From: an uncultured Candidatus Bathyarchaeia archaeon
GTDB lineage: Archaea > Thermoproteota > Bathyarchaeia > TCS64
NCBI GenBank assembly: GCA_964618045.1
Contig: CAZTZC010000003.1
Location: 1 to 43,158 of the forward strand
Reading direction: 5' to 3'
DNA length: 43,158 nt
Made by a program: the position numbers and the translations under genes. Below the pieces are notes generated by a model. It did not search any database. It was not told the origin of the DNA and worked only from the letters and a program-made list of their open reading frames with translations. Every line of letters begins with the position of its first letter. The first letter of the stretch is position 1. This document shows, one piece after another, positions 8,754 to 18,301 of the stretch.

Positions 8754-9899
8754 TTACCGTCGTCTCCCTTGCAAGAGCACAGTAGCTAATGTCCCGATGA
8801 TCAATGCAGTCAACGCGAACCCCGGTATCGCCGAGCCAGTCTCCTGGCTCTGAGGCTCCTCTTCCACCGTCTCTACCTGTGTCCAAGTAGACTGCGCCAC
8901 GTCCAGAACCCATAGGTCGTTGAGAGGGTCCTCACCCCACCCGCGGAAACCTCCGAACAATATTATTCTCCCTGTGACCGGGTCGTAGACCATGTCCGAG
9001 TTCTCTCTCCCGGAAGGATGCACTTCTGCGTTGACTCTCTCCCACGTGTTTATCGAGTAGTCGTAGAGCCATGTGTCGTCGAGGCAATCCGTTGCTCCCC
9101 CGGAGCCTCCGAAGACGACCACTTTTCCCCTGTCGGAGTCGTACGCCAGGCTGTGCCAATACCTTGACGGAAGAGCAATCGCGTCGTCTACCTTGGTCCA
9201 CGTATCGGTCGGGTAGTCGTACGTCCAGACGCCGTCGCTGTAGCCGTGGTCGCCTCCGCCGTAGGACCAGTGGCCGCCGTACATTATGGTTTTCTGGTTC
9301 ACCGCGTCGAAAACCATGTAGTGGCCGTACTGGGGCTTGGGGCTGGCTTGGGGGCTCATCCTAGTCCAGAGAAGAGAGGTGATGTTGAACACCCACGTGT
9401 CGTTGGGGTGGTCGTCGTTGAGCCCGTAGCCGTCGAAGAGGATCGCCACGCCGTACCTTGGGTCGTAGCAGAACGCGGCGTCGCTACGCGGCGAGGGAGC
9501 TTCAACTGTGTCCACCTTGGTCCAGGTGTTTCCGTCGATGTCGTAAATCCATGTATCGCCAATTCTGTCTTGGCTGGTGAAGCCCCCGAACAGGAGTATC
9601 TGATGGGTCTCACTGATATACGCCATCATGTGGTTGAACCTTCCAGGCGGCTTTGAGCCCGTCTCGATCTCCGTCCAGGTGCCTTCCTCGACGTCGTAGG
9701 ACCATAGGTCGTTGTAGAAGGTGTACCTGCTGACGCCCTGGTTCCAGATGGAGCCTCCGAATAGCAGGACACGCTTGTTGACGGGGTCGTATATCATTCG
9801 GTGCCCTATGCGCGGCGATGGCGCCGTCGAAGCGTCAGCCGTCTCGACGTTGAGGAACATCACTAGGATCAACGCCACATAGAACCGTTTTTTCCACAT
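8754..9899 (-). CDS. secreted Kelch-repeat beta-propeller protein with PGF-CTERM anchor
   Basis: It has a signal-like N-terminus MWKKRFYVALILVMFLNVETADA. Repeated units of the form GG...ND.W.YD....W occur about six times. An acidic linker is followed by C-terminal IPGFALTALIIGTLATVLLQGRRR, which is PGF, a TM segment and a basic tail. Confidence 0.75.
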   Translation of the reverse strand: MWKKRFYVALILVMFLNVETADASTAPSPRIGHRMIYDPVNKRVLLFGGSIWNQGVSRYTFYNDLWSYDVEEGTWTEIETGSKPPGRFNHMMAYISETHQILLFGGFTSQDRIGDTWIYDIDGNTWTKVDTVEAPSPRSDAAFCYDPRYGVAILFDGYGLNDDHPNDTWVFNITSLLWTRMSPQASPKPQYGHYMVFDAVNQKTIMYGGHWSYGGGDHGYSDGVWTYDYPTDTWTKVDDAIALPSRYWHSLAYDSDRGKVVVFGGSGGATDCLDDTWLYDYSINTWERVNAEVHPSGRENSDMVYDPVTGRIILFGGFRGWGEDPLNDLWVLDVAQSTWTQVETVEEEPQSQETGSAIPGFALTALIIGTLATVLLQGRRR

Positions 9900-10064
9900 A
9901 ACGGGCTCAGGCTGATTGGAGCCATTATTAGTATAAAGCCTTTCAACGCTGCATCCCATCGCTCAAGGCTCGTTCATGACACACCATGTTGATGGTCATC
10001 ATCTTGGGATTCCCAGACTGTTACCATACCATTATATCTCTTCGAAGGCTCTCCTTGGTCCAAG

Positions 10065-11282
10065 ATGAACGTGCTCGACCACCTGAAGAGGGACGAGATC
10101 GTTGGCCTCGCCTGCGACCTCATCCGTCAGCCCAGCCTCACCAACAAGGAGGGCCCCGCCGTGGACTACATGATCGACTGGTATGAGGACCAGGGCTTCG
10201 ACGAGGTCATGGTACAGGAGGTTCAGCCGGGCCGCCGTCAGGTCATAGGCGTCCTGAAGGGCGACGGCACCGGCAAGAGCATGATGTTCAACGGCCACCT
10301 GGACATAGACCCCATCACCGCTGACTGGGAGTGGGACCCCTACGAGCCTAGGGTTGAGGGAAACAGGTTGTGGGGCGCCGGCGTCCACAACATGAAGAGC
10401 GGCGACGCCGCTTTCCTCATGGCCGCTCTCGCCATCAAGAGGTCAGGCGCAAAGCTCAGGGGAGACCTAGTCTGCGCAACCGTGGTGGGCGAGCTCCAGG
10501 GAGGCGTCGGCACAGTCCACATGTTAAAAGAGGGGGTGTGGACGGACTACGCGATAGTCCCGGAGCCCTACGGCGTCGAGAACATACTCACCAAGTGCGT
10601 GGGCGTCCACGACTTCGCCATCAACGTCATCGGTAAATCCGAGCACATAAGCCGCATGGAGGAGTCAATAGACGCCGTCAAGAAGATGAGGAAGGTGCTG
10701 GACCGCATGGACGGTATGGAGTTCGAGGCGCGGGATCCCGACCTCCCAGGGGCGCCCCGCTGGGTCGCTGGTAGCATCATCGGCGGCAGGAACCGAGACC
10801 ACGACCTCGCCGGCCCCTACAACATCCCCGACTTCTGTACGGTGATCGTGGACTTCCGTTACCCGCCGGGCTACACCATCGACGAGATCAACGGAAGGTT
10901 CGGTGAGATGCTTGAGGAGATAGCCGCCGAGGACCCCGAGTTCAAGTACGAGCTGGAGTACCCGGTGAACCCAAAGTTCAGGGTCGGCGGCACCGTCATG
11001 CCCCCGATGGGCGTGGACCCTGACGCCGAGGTGGTGCAGATACTCAAGGAGAGCCACAGGGCGGTGACGGGGGAGTACCCCAAGAGGATCGGCGCTGTCA
11101 TCCCGAGGAGCTACTGCGGCAACGACACCGCCCACCTAGCCCAGGCGGGCGTCGAGTGCTGCCTCTACGGACCAAGGGGATACCCTGACGACGTTGAGAA
11201 GCATGTACGTATAGACGAGATGGTGACATGCAGCAAGGCCATGGCCCTGAGCGGCTACAAGGTCGTCACCAGGGGCACATAA
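10065..11282 (+). CDS. M20 family metallopeptidase (ArgE/DapE-like deacylase)
   Basis: Motifs MMFNGHLDIDP and NRLWGAGVHNMKSGDAA are present, and the length is typical for an M20 peptidase. Confidence 0.8.
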   Translation: MNVLDHLKRDEIVGLACDLIRQPSLTNKEGPAVDYMIDWYEDQGFDEVMVQEVQPGRRQVIGVLKGDGTGKSMMFNGHLDIDPITADWEWDPYEPRVEGNRLWGAGVHNMKSGDAAFLMAALAIKRSGAKLRGDLVCATVVGELQGGVGTVHMLKEGVWTDYAIVPEPYGVENILTKCVGVHDFAINVIGKSEHISRMEESIDAVKKMRKVLDRMDGMEFEARDPDLPGAPRWVAGSIIGGRNRDHDLAGPYNIPDFCTVIVDFRYPPGYTIDEINGRFGEMLEEIAAEDPEFKYELEYPVNPKFRVGGTVMPPMGVDPDAEVVQILKESHRAVTGEYPKRIGAVIPRSYCGNDTAHLAQAGVECCLYGPRGYPDDVEKHVRIDEMVTCSKAMALSGYKVVTRGT

Positions 11283-11283
11283 T

Positions 11284-12411
11284 CTAGACTGTCGAGACCT
11301 TTTCTCTTATCTCGAAGCCGGTAAACTCTTTCATTCTCTTGATCTCGTTGTCAAGCATGTCTATGTGCTCCTCGTCGAGTTCTTTGAAGAGTTCTACGGC
11401 GAGGCTCCATGCGTCTCCGTCTTTCTTCATCACCCAGACTCCCTCCACTCTGCCGTCTACGAGCACCGTCGCGGCCACCTCGGCGGCTGGTAGGAAGACA
11501 CGCTTTCTAGCGGCCTCGTCCATGAACCGGGTCTTATCCTTGTGCCCCATGATGAGTGCATCGAACTTGGGGAGTAGCCGGACTAACGGAATCGCTTCTA
11601 TTTTATCCAAGTCTGGAAGAGCGTCACGGAGGACGTACAGCTTCCCTTTCTGTCCGGAGGCCTCCACCACCGTCAGCCCGGGTTCCATTCCCTTCAATAC
11701 TTCTCTCGCGGCGGAGATCTTCATCCCAGTCCAGTAGGCATAGTCCTGTACCGTGGCCGGCCCATATACTAGTAGATAACCCGTCATCAGAATTTTTTGA
11801 GCTTGGGATTTTTCGGTTTCGGTCATGCTTGGCACCCATCGCTTCAAATCAGCGTAGGTCTGCTCCGTGTCATGGTACCACGGTCCCTTAGACTCGGCGT
11901 TGCATATGAGGCCCTTTAGACTCATCTCCCTCACCGTCCTGCTGAGGATCCGCCTAGGGTTGTCGGACACGGGGCTATATCTATCCAGAAGCACACTCAT
12001 CGACAGAGGACTTTCAGCCAGCGCAGCGAGTACCTCGTCGTAGTGGATCATCCATGCGTCTGGGCTCTCCTTGGAGCCCGTCTTGACCGTCCACCTGTTC
12101 CACTCCTCCACGAGGCTTTCCCGCAGCGCGGGGCGGGCGACGAAGGCCTGTCTCGTCGTCATGATGTGGACCGTGTTCCTCATGAACCAAGACCTGAGCA
12201 GGGTCTTGTCCCGTAACGCGTCCCTGATGAACTGGTTGCTCAGCCCCTCCACTCTGGCCCATAGGCTCAGGTTGTAGTTGAGGGCACCTTGGGCGTTGAG
12301 GCCGCAGACGTCCTCGATGACCCTGATCTCGTCTCCCGCAGAGACTCGGTCGAGGAGGCTGTGCATCTTAAGATTATGGTACGCCAGCTGCTCGGAGGTG
12401 ACCCCGGACAT
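11284..12411 (-). CDS. winged-helix DNA-binding protein, YcaQ/AlkZ-like (HTH_42)
   Basis: VCGLNAQGALNYNLSLWARVEG and the overall length of about 375 aa resemble the YcaQ/AlkZ crosslink-glycosylase family. This is assigned by recall only. Confidence 0.6.
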   Translation of the reverse strand: MSGVTSEQLAYHNLKMHSLLDRVSAGDEIRVIEDVCGLNAQGALNYNLSLWARVEGLSNQFIRDALRDKTLLRSWFMRNTVHIMTTRQAFVARPALRESLVEEWNRWTVKTGSKESPDAWMIHYDEVLAALAESPLSMSVLLDRYSPVSDNPRRILSRTVREMSLKGLICNAESKGPWYHDTEQTYADLKRWVPSMTETEKSQAQKILMTGYLLVYGPATVQDYAYWTGMKISAAREVLKGMEPGLTVVEASGQKGKLYVLRDALPDLDKIEAIPLVRLLPKFDALIMGHKDKTRFMDEAARKRVFLPAAEVAATVLVDGRVEGVWVMKKDGDAWSLAVELFKELDEEHIDMLDNEIKRMKEFTGFEIREKVSTV

Positions 12412-12474
12412 CTTGGAACTTCATATCAATGTACGAGTATATCAGTGGACTGGGTCTGGTTCAATGAAAAGGGG

Positions 12475-13731
12475 TTACGAGAATAGGTCTGTAGGGTACA
12501 GGGCTTTCTCGCCCAGCCACTCCTCGATGCGGAGAAGCTGGTTGTACTTGGCTGTCCGTTCGCCCCTCGCCGGTGCCCCCGTCTTTATCTGGCCGCACCC
12601 TATCCCGACGCTGAGGTCGGCGACGAAGGGATCCTCGGTCTCGCCGCTGCGGTGGCTAGCCATCACCGTGTAGCCGCTGTCCATCGCAAGCCTAGCCGCG
12701 TCCATGGCCTCGGTGAGGCTGCCTATCTGGTTCACCTTCCAGAGGAGGCTGTTGCAGGCACCCATCTCTATGCCTTTCATGAGTCGCTTCACGTTGGTGA
12801 CGAAGAGGTCGTCCCCCACGATCTGTATGGGCAGCGCGCGGGTGATCTCGGCGAAGCCCTCGTAGTCCTCCTCCTCCAGGGGGTCCTCGATGCTGGATAT
12901 CGGGTACTTGGAGACCAGCTCCATGTAGACGTCGATGAGTTCGCCCCTGGACAGGGTCTTCCCCATGAAGCTGTATCCTCCGTCCTTGTAGAAGCTGCTC
13001 GCCGCCACATCCATCGCCAGCCTGGTTACGCCGCCGTAACCCATCTCCTCCGCCGAGGCCGTTATGGCTTCCAACGCCTCCTCGGGGCTCTCCATGGGCG
13101 GACTGAACCCGCCCTCGTCACCCACGTTGATCGCGTTCTTACCGTAGCCTTTGAGGAGCCGTGACTTGAGAGTCTGATATATCTCCGAGCCCATCATGAG
13201 GGCCTCTCTGAAGGTCTTGGCCCCTGTAGGCGCCACCATGAACTCCTGAAAGTCGAGTTGATTACCAGCGTGCTTGCCGCCGTTGATGACGTTGAAGAAG
13301 GGCACAGGAAGCACGGAGGCCTCCGTGTCTATGTACTCGTACAGCTTCAGCTCCAAGGACTCCGCTGCGGCCTTGGCGCACGCCACAGAGACGCCAAGGA
13401 TGGCGTTTCCTCCGAGCCTGCTCTTGTTCTCGGTACCGTCCAGTCGGATCATCTCTTCGTCGATCCTCTTCTGCTCAGCCACCGGGAACCCGATCAGCAT
13501 GCCCGCTATCTCTCCCTCTACGGCCGCGACGGCTTGGGTCACTCCTTTTCCGTGGAACCGTGTGCCACCGTCTCTGAGTTCCACTGCTTCGTAAATGCCC
13601 GTCGAGACGCCGCTGGGAACCGCCGCCCTGCCGAAGTAACCCTCCTCTGTGGTGACCTCGACCTCGATGGTGGGGTTGCCCCGGCTATCAAGTATCTCCC
13701 TGGCGTGGATGTCCCTGATTCTGTCACCCAT
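12475..13731 (-). CDS. eno: enolase (phosphopyruvate hydratase)
   Basis: IRDIHAREILDSRGNPTIEVEV, SHRSGETED and IKTGAPARGERTAKYNQLLRIEE are canonical enolase segments. I prefer the start at the Met before GDRIRD (13731); the ORF opens at 13761. Confidence 0.95.
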   Translation of the reverse strand: MGDRIRDIHAREILDSRGNPTIEVEVTTEEGYFGRAAVPSGVSTGIYEAVELRDGGTRFHGKGVTQAVAAVEGEIAGMLIGFPVAEQKRIDEEMIRLDGTENKSRLGGNAILGVSVACAKAAAESLELKLYEYIDTEASVLPVPFFNVINGGKHAGNQLDFQEFMVAPTGAKTFREALMMGSEIYQTLKSRLLKGYGKNAINVGDEGGFSPPMESPEEALEAITASAEEMGYGGVTRLAMDVAASSFYKDGGYSFMGKTLSRGELIDVYMELVSKYPISSIEDPLEEEDYEGFAEITRALPIQIVGDDLFVTNVKRLMKGIEMGACNSLLWKVNQIGSLTEAMDAARLAMDSGYTVMASHRSGETEDPFVADLSVGIGCGQIKTGAPARGERTAKYNQLLRIEEWLGEKALYPTDLFS

Positions 13732-13773
13732 CTTCTGTCTGGTCGGAATGCGTCTGTGCACCCAAAAATGTAT

Positions 13774-14029
13774 CTACAAGCTGGACTCGATGAGGCTGAC
13801 TAGGTCCTTCTCCTCGAAGGGCCAGCCCACGAACTTTATCTCGTCGTCCACAGCCACCGTGGGCACCGCCATGACCCGCATACTCATCCCCCCTCGATAC
13901 CCTCCTCGGTGTATGTGTTCACCTCGACGAACTCGACGTAGGGTACCTCTCAGCCACCGCCGAGACCAGCTTACGGGCTCTGAGGCAGTTGGGGCATACA
14001 GGCGAACAGAAGAACTCTACCCGGACCAC
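13774..14029 (-). pseudogene. thioredoxin/glutaredoxin-like small redox protein, disrupted by two frameshifts
   Basis: The minus strand was translated by hand in three frames. Frame 1, from the GTG at 14029, gives VVRVEFFCSPVCPNCLRARKLVSAVAERYP and then a stop. Frame 2 gives YVEFVEVNTYTEEGIEGG and then a stop. Frame 3 gives MSMRVMAVPTVAVDDEIKFVGWPFEEKDLVSLIESSL and then a stop. A CPNC active site is present. The shifts fall at a CCC run and a GGGGGG run. Confidence 0.6.
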
Positions 14030-14033
14030 ATTC

Positions 14034-14951
14034 TTACCCCAGAGATTTCACGTGCCTCATCGCCGATAGGGCTGCCTTGGCGCCCATCCCTGCCGCGGTG
14101 ACTATCTGCATCCCCTCGCATGTACAGTCCCCCGCCGCGAACACGCCCTTGATGTTGGTCTCCATGTCGCCGTCCACGACTATGCAGCTGCTGGCGTCTG
14201 TGCTGACACCAGCATCTCCTAGGATACCGGCTGTGGGGACATTTTCCAGTATAATGAACACGCCGTCTAGGTTTAGCCGCTTCGGGCCCGTGCCGTCCAG
14301 CGCTACGTATTCGACGAAGTCCGAGCCGCCTATCTCCTTGACGTCGGCTCCCATTATGAACTCGACCTTAGGGTTCATCCTTATTCGTGTCAACTCAGGG
14401 AATTCCTCGCTGTACCCCTTCTTGCCGGGGATGGCGTATATCTTGGCGGCGGCCTCGGAGAGCACCTCTATGTCGTGGACGGCGTCGTGACCTCCACCCA
14501 CGATGGCGACAGTCTTGTCCCTGAAGAAGGGGCCATCGCAGACGCCGCAGTAGCTGACGCCGCGGCCCTTGTACTCGTTCTCGCCGGGGACGCTCAGGCT
14601 CTTCCTGCTTACCCCCGTGGCAATTACCACAGACTTCGCCTGGTAGAAGCCCATCCTCGTGGTGATCATCTTGAGGCTACCGAAGTCGCTGAGCCCTACC
14701 ACCGTCTCGTTCCTGATCTCGGCGCCGAACCTCAGGGCTTGCTTGATCATGTTCTCCATGAGGTCTTGGCCGCTGATGCCGTCGGGGAAACCGGGGTAGT
14801 TGTCCACCCAGTGGGCTTGGAGCGCCTTGCCACCAGTCTTCCTGCCCTCTAGTACCAGAGTCTTATGGTTGTGGCGAGCCGTGTAGAGGGCGGCTGTTAG
14901 CCCCGCCGGGCCTCCGCCCACTACTATGACGTCGTAGACATCCTCTGTCAT
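14034..14951 (-). CDS. trxB: thioredoxin-disulfide reductase
   Basis: It has the FAD motif DVIVVGGGPAGLTAALY, the redox-active CGVCDG, and the second dinucleotide-fold motif AIVGGGHDAV. Confidence 0.9.
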   Translation of the reverse strand: MTEDVYDVIVVGGGPAGLTAALYTARHNHKTLVLEGRKTGGKALQAHWVDNYPGFPDGISGQDLMENMIKQALRFGAEIRNETVVGLSDFGSLKMITTRMGFYQAKSVVIATGVSRKSLSVPGENEYKGRGVSYCGVCDGPFFRDKTVAIVGGGHDAVHDIEVLSEAAAKIYAIPGKKGYSEEFPELTRIRMNPKVEFIMGADVKEIGGSDFVEYVALDGTGPKRLNLDGVFIILENVPTAGILGDAGVSTDASSCIVVDGDMETNIKGVFAAGDCTCEGMQIVTAAGMGAKAALSAMRHVKSLG

Positions 14952-14996
14952 CGGGCTGATCTTGAAGAAAAGTGGATAGCTTTGTAAAAAGGTTAG

Positions 14997-17390
14997 CTAC
15001 CGGATGTACTCCTTGGAGATCTCGGCCAGCTCGTCGAGCTTCCTCTGAGCAAGATGGTTGATCGTGTCCGCTGAATAGGTGCCATCCTCCCTGAGCTCCC
15101 CGGCGGGTACTCCTGTGAGCACCTCGATGCCCTCGTCGATGGTCTTCACCGGGTAGACGTGGAACTTGCCCTCCTTGATGGCCTCCACGACCTCCTCCTT
15201 GAGCATGAGGTTCTTGACGTTGCTCTCCGGGATCACGACGCCGTGGCTGCCGTCAAGTCCGTGGTACTTACAGAGATCGTAGAAGCCCTCGATCTTCTGG
15301 TTGACCCCACCGATGGCCTGGACCTCGCCCTTCTGGTTCACTGAACCGGTGACGGCGAGGCTCTGCTTTATGGGGACGCCGCTGAGGGCGCTCATCATGG
15401 TGTAGGTCTCCGTGCTTGAGGCGCTGTCCCCGTCGACGCCGCTATAGTTCTGCTCAAAGGTGAGCCTAGCCGTGACGCTTAGGGGGTGCTTCCTGGCGTA
15501 GCGATTCGTCAGGAACCCTGTGAGTATGTAGACTCCCTTGGTGTGGGTGGGGCCGCCCATCTCGGCCTGCCTCTCGATGTCTATTATGCCATCCTTGCCC
15601 ACGCCGACGCTGGCGGTGATCCTGCTAGGCTTCCCGAACATGTAGTCGCCTATACCCATGACCGCGAGGCCGTTGACCTGTCCCACCTTCTCACCGCTGG
15701 TATCCACGAGGATGGTGCCCCTCTCGATCATCTCCTCCAGCTTCTCCTCGATGAGGTTGCTCCTATACACTTTTGCCTCCACGGCCTGCCTCACGTGGTT
15801 CTCTGAGACAACGTCACTACCGTCTTTCTGGGCGTAGAAGTTGGACTCTCTGATTATATCGCTGACCTCGGCGAACTGGGTGCTCAGCTTCTTCTGGTCT
15901 GACGCGAGTCTGCTGCTGTACTCAACTACGGCAGCGATGCCTGTAGGGTCAAGATGCTTGAGGCCTTCCTTGTTGCAGAGGGTGCACATGAACTTGGCGT
16001 ACTGCTGGACGTTATCTTCGTCTCGGTCCATGGTTGTGTCAAACTCGGCCTTCACCTTGAAGATCTTCTTGAACTCGGGGTCCAGCTGGTACAGCATGTA
16101 GTAGATCTGGGAGTCCCCGACGAGGATCACCTTGGCGTCGAAGGGAATGGGCTCGGGCCGCAGGCTCCTCGTGGTCACGTACCCCATCCTCTCGGCCAGC
16201 TCCTCTATCTCCAGCTTCTTGTTGACGATGGTCCTCTTCAGCGACTCGTAGCTCCCCGGGTTGCGGGCCAGCTCCTCCACGGGGATGACGAGATACCCTC
16301 CGTTGGCCTCGTGGGCGCTCCCCGACCGGATCATGGTGTAGTTGGTGACGAGGGTCCCGAACATGGCCTCCTTCTCCGTGGTACCGAAGACGCGGTTGTG
16401 GCTTGGGTTCATCTCGATGATGACTGGTGCCCCCTCCAGCTTGCTATTATCCACTATGAGGTTGACCTTGTACCTCTCGGTGGGGTCAGGGGCCTGACGC
16501 GTCAGGAACGGGAAAGGTGACTCAGGCTCCTTCTGCGACCCGGTTATCTGGTCCAGGTTCGCGAGGATGTCGTCCCTGACGGAGCCGAGATACTTGTCAC
16601 AGTCCTCGATGCCGCCGTACTTGTCTTTTAGGGCCTGCAGAAGGTGCTCCATGGCGTAGTTTGCCACATCCTTGTTGAATGAGTCTATGGCGGCCTCGGC
16701 CTCCCTGTCTATATCTCTGAACTGCCTGAACGCGCTCCTCAGATCCTCCTGAAGCAGTTTCCTATTCGCCTCAATCTCGTCCTTGATCTTCTGTGGCAGG
16801 ATGGAGAACTGCTGCTCGTTTATGAGCTGCCCGTTGATGACGGGGACGATGAGAGTTCCTATCTGGCTCCTCTGGAGCGCGAACCCGGCCTCCATGGCCT
16901 TCTGGTTGAGCCCCTTCATGAGCTCCGACTTCTGGTCCTCGAACTTCTTCAAGGTCTCCTCCCGCCGGTTGGCGTAGTCCTCGCTCTCGAAGGCTGCGAC
17001 CAGTGCCTTCTTCATCTCCTCGACGAACTTGGTCATGTCGTCCCTGAACTGGGAGCCCATGCCAGGGGGGAGACTCAACGCTTCAGGCTTCTCGTCGTCC
17101 TCGAAGTTCCAGACGTAGCACCAGTCGGGGGGGACGGGCATCTTCTTAGCCCTCTGTTCAAGGAAGGTGGCTATCGCGGTCTTCTTGCCCGTTCCGGGCA
17201 TCCCAGCCACGAATATGTTGAAGCCCTCCTCCTTTATGTCCAGTCCAAAGCGCAGGGCCTGCACGGCCCGGTCTTGGCCGATGATCTCGATCAGCGGCTC
17301 AAGGTCCATCGTGCTCTCGCAGGCTATGAAGCCCGGGGGGCACTTCCTCCTAGCTTGAGTGTAATCTAGCTCCCGCACCATAGCTATCAC
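14997..17390 (-). CDS. Lon-family protease, soluble LonC-like (COG1067 type)
   Basis: It has a P-loop-like GMPGTGKK and a long helical insertion. The C-terminal Lon protease domain carries GDSASS and GGVNQKIEGF, the Ser-Lys dyad context. No TM segment of the LonB type is evident. Confidence 0.85.
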   Translation of the reverse strand: MIAMVRELDYTQARRKCPPGFIACESTMDLEPLIEIIGQDRAVQALRFGLDIKEEGFNIFVAGMPGTGKKTAIATFLEQRAKKMPVPPDWCYVWNFEDDEKPEALSLPPGMGSQFRDDMTKFVEEMKKALVAAFESEDYANRREETLKKFEDQKSELMKGLNQKAMEAGFALQRSQIGTLIVPVINGQLINEQQFSILPQKIKDEIEANRKLLQEDLRSAFRQFRDIDREAEAAIDSFNKDVANYAMEHLLQALKDKYGGIEDCDKYLGSVRDDILANLDQITGSQKEPESPFPFLTRQAPDPTERYKVNLIVDNSKLEGAPVIIEMNPSHNRVFGTTEKEAMFGTLVTNYTMIRSGSAHEANGGYLVIPVEELARNPGSYESLKRTIVNKKLEIEELAERMGYVTTRSLRPEPIPFDAKVILVGDSQIYYMLYQLDPEFKKIFKVKAEFDTTMDRDEDNVQQYAKFMCTLCNKEGLKHLDPTGIAAVVEYSSRLASDQKKLSTQFAEVSDIIRESNFYAQKDGSDVVSENHVRQAVEAKVYRSNLIEEKLEEMIERGTILVDTSGEKVGQVNGLAVMGIGDYMFGKPSRITASVGVGKDGIIDIERQAEMGGPTHTKGVYILTGFLTNRYARKHPLSVTARLTFEQNYSGVDGDSASSTETYTMMSALSGVPIKQSLAVTGSVNQKGEVQAIGGVNQKIEGFYDLCKYHGLDGSHGVVIPESNVKNLMLKEEVVEAIKEGKFHVYPVKTIDEGIEVLTGVPAGELREDGTYSADTINHLAQRKLDELAEISKEYIR

Positions 17391-17427
17391 TTGGAATATT
17401 CTGTGGATTGATGAGGAGGGATGTTAT

Positions 17428-17907
17428 TTAAACAGTGGGCATGGGCTTCGAGATCTTGGCTAACAGCTCGTTCCAGGTAAGCCCTTGGTCGATCTTGAGC
17501 GTGTAGTCGTCCAGCTTCTCGGCGACGTCGAACCACCACCCCTTGTACTTGAACTTGGCTGCGATCACGGGGTACCGGCGGGGGTACAGCCTGTGCATGT
17601 GGAGGAACTCGAAGAGCTTCTGCACCTGGTCCCGCTTGTAGTAGGCGTACCGGACCTGTGCCTTCACCTCCACCGCCAGAATTGCGTCGCCCTTAACGGC
17701 AAAGACGTCCGGCAGAGGCTCCTTGCTGGGGGCGCTGACGGGAACCCTGATGGCGTCGTATCCCTCGTCCCGGAGCATGTGTACCAGCTCCCGCTCCGCG
17801 TCATAGCCACGCTTCTTCATGGCGCGCACCTCCTTCGCGGTGAGCTGCCTCGTGTACCGTGATCTAGGTTTCTTCTTTGGCTCGGCGATGTCGCGGAGGC
17901 TCATCAC
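17428..17907 (-). CDS. hjc: Holliday junction resolvase Hjc with basic N-terminal extension
   Basis: GYDAERELVHMLRDEGYDAIRV...PLPDVFAVKGDAILAVEVKA carries the E / D / ExK residues of the archaeal Hjc nuclease fold. About 35 extra basic residues sit at the N-terminus. Confidence 0.8.
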   Translation of the reverse strand: MMSLRDIAEPKKKPRSRYTRQLTAKEVRAMKKRGYDAERELVHMLRDEGYDAIRVPVSAPSKEPLPDVFAVKGDAILAVEVKAQVRYAYYKRDQVQKLFEFLHMHRLYPRRYPVIAAKFKYKGWWFDVAEKLDDYTLKIDQGLTWNELLAKISKPMPTV

Positions 17908-18233
17908 TCTTCCTCTTCTTGTTCCTCGGGTAGCTGCAGAGCGCCGGTCTCTAGGGGTTCTAAAGCGAACCTCATGAGGTCCTTCATCCAGTCGCTGAAC
18001 CTGTTGGCGTTGGCGTACTTCTGGTACATGCGCTTATGGGGCACCTTGGTGATGAGCCGCAGGTCCACCAGCTTGTTGACGTAGAACTTGGCGCTGCTCC
18101 TGCTGATGTCGCAGACCCTGGCGAGGTCGCCGCTGGTGAAGTCTCGCTCCAGCTTGTTATAGCCGACGATGATCCTCGGTGGGAATGGAAGCGCCTTTTC
18201 AAGCACCTCTAACAGTGACTCTTCTCGTGACAA
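17904..18233 (-). CDS. winged-helix DNA-binding protein
   Basis: FTSGDLARVCDISRSSAKFYVNKLVDLRLI fits an HTH, and the tail is acidic. Its stop overlaps the hjc start by 4 nt (ATGA). Confidence 0.5.
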   Translation of the reverse strand: MSREESLLEVLEKALPFPPRIIVGYNKLERDFTSGDLARVCDISRSSAKFYVNKLVDLRLITKVPHKRMYQKYANANRFSDWMKDLMRFALEPLETGALQLPEEQEEEE

Positions 18234-18301
18234 GGTGTTCCCTCGGGCTACCTACTAGATGGATAACGGTAATGAAATAAAAATCCAAGGGGAGAAAGTG
18301 T

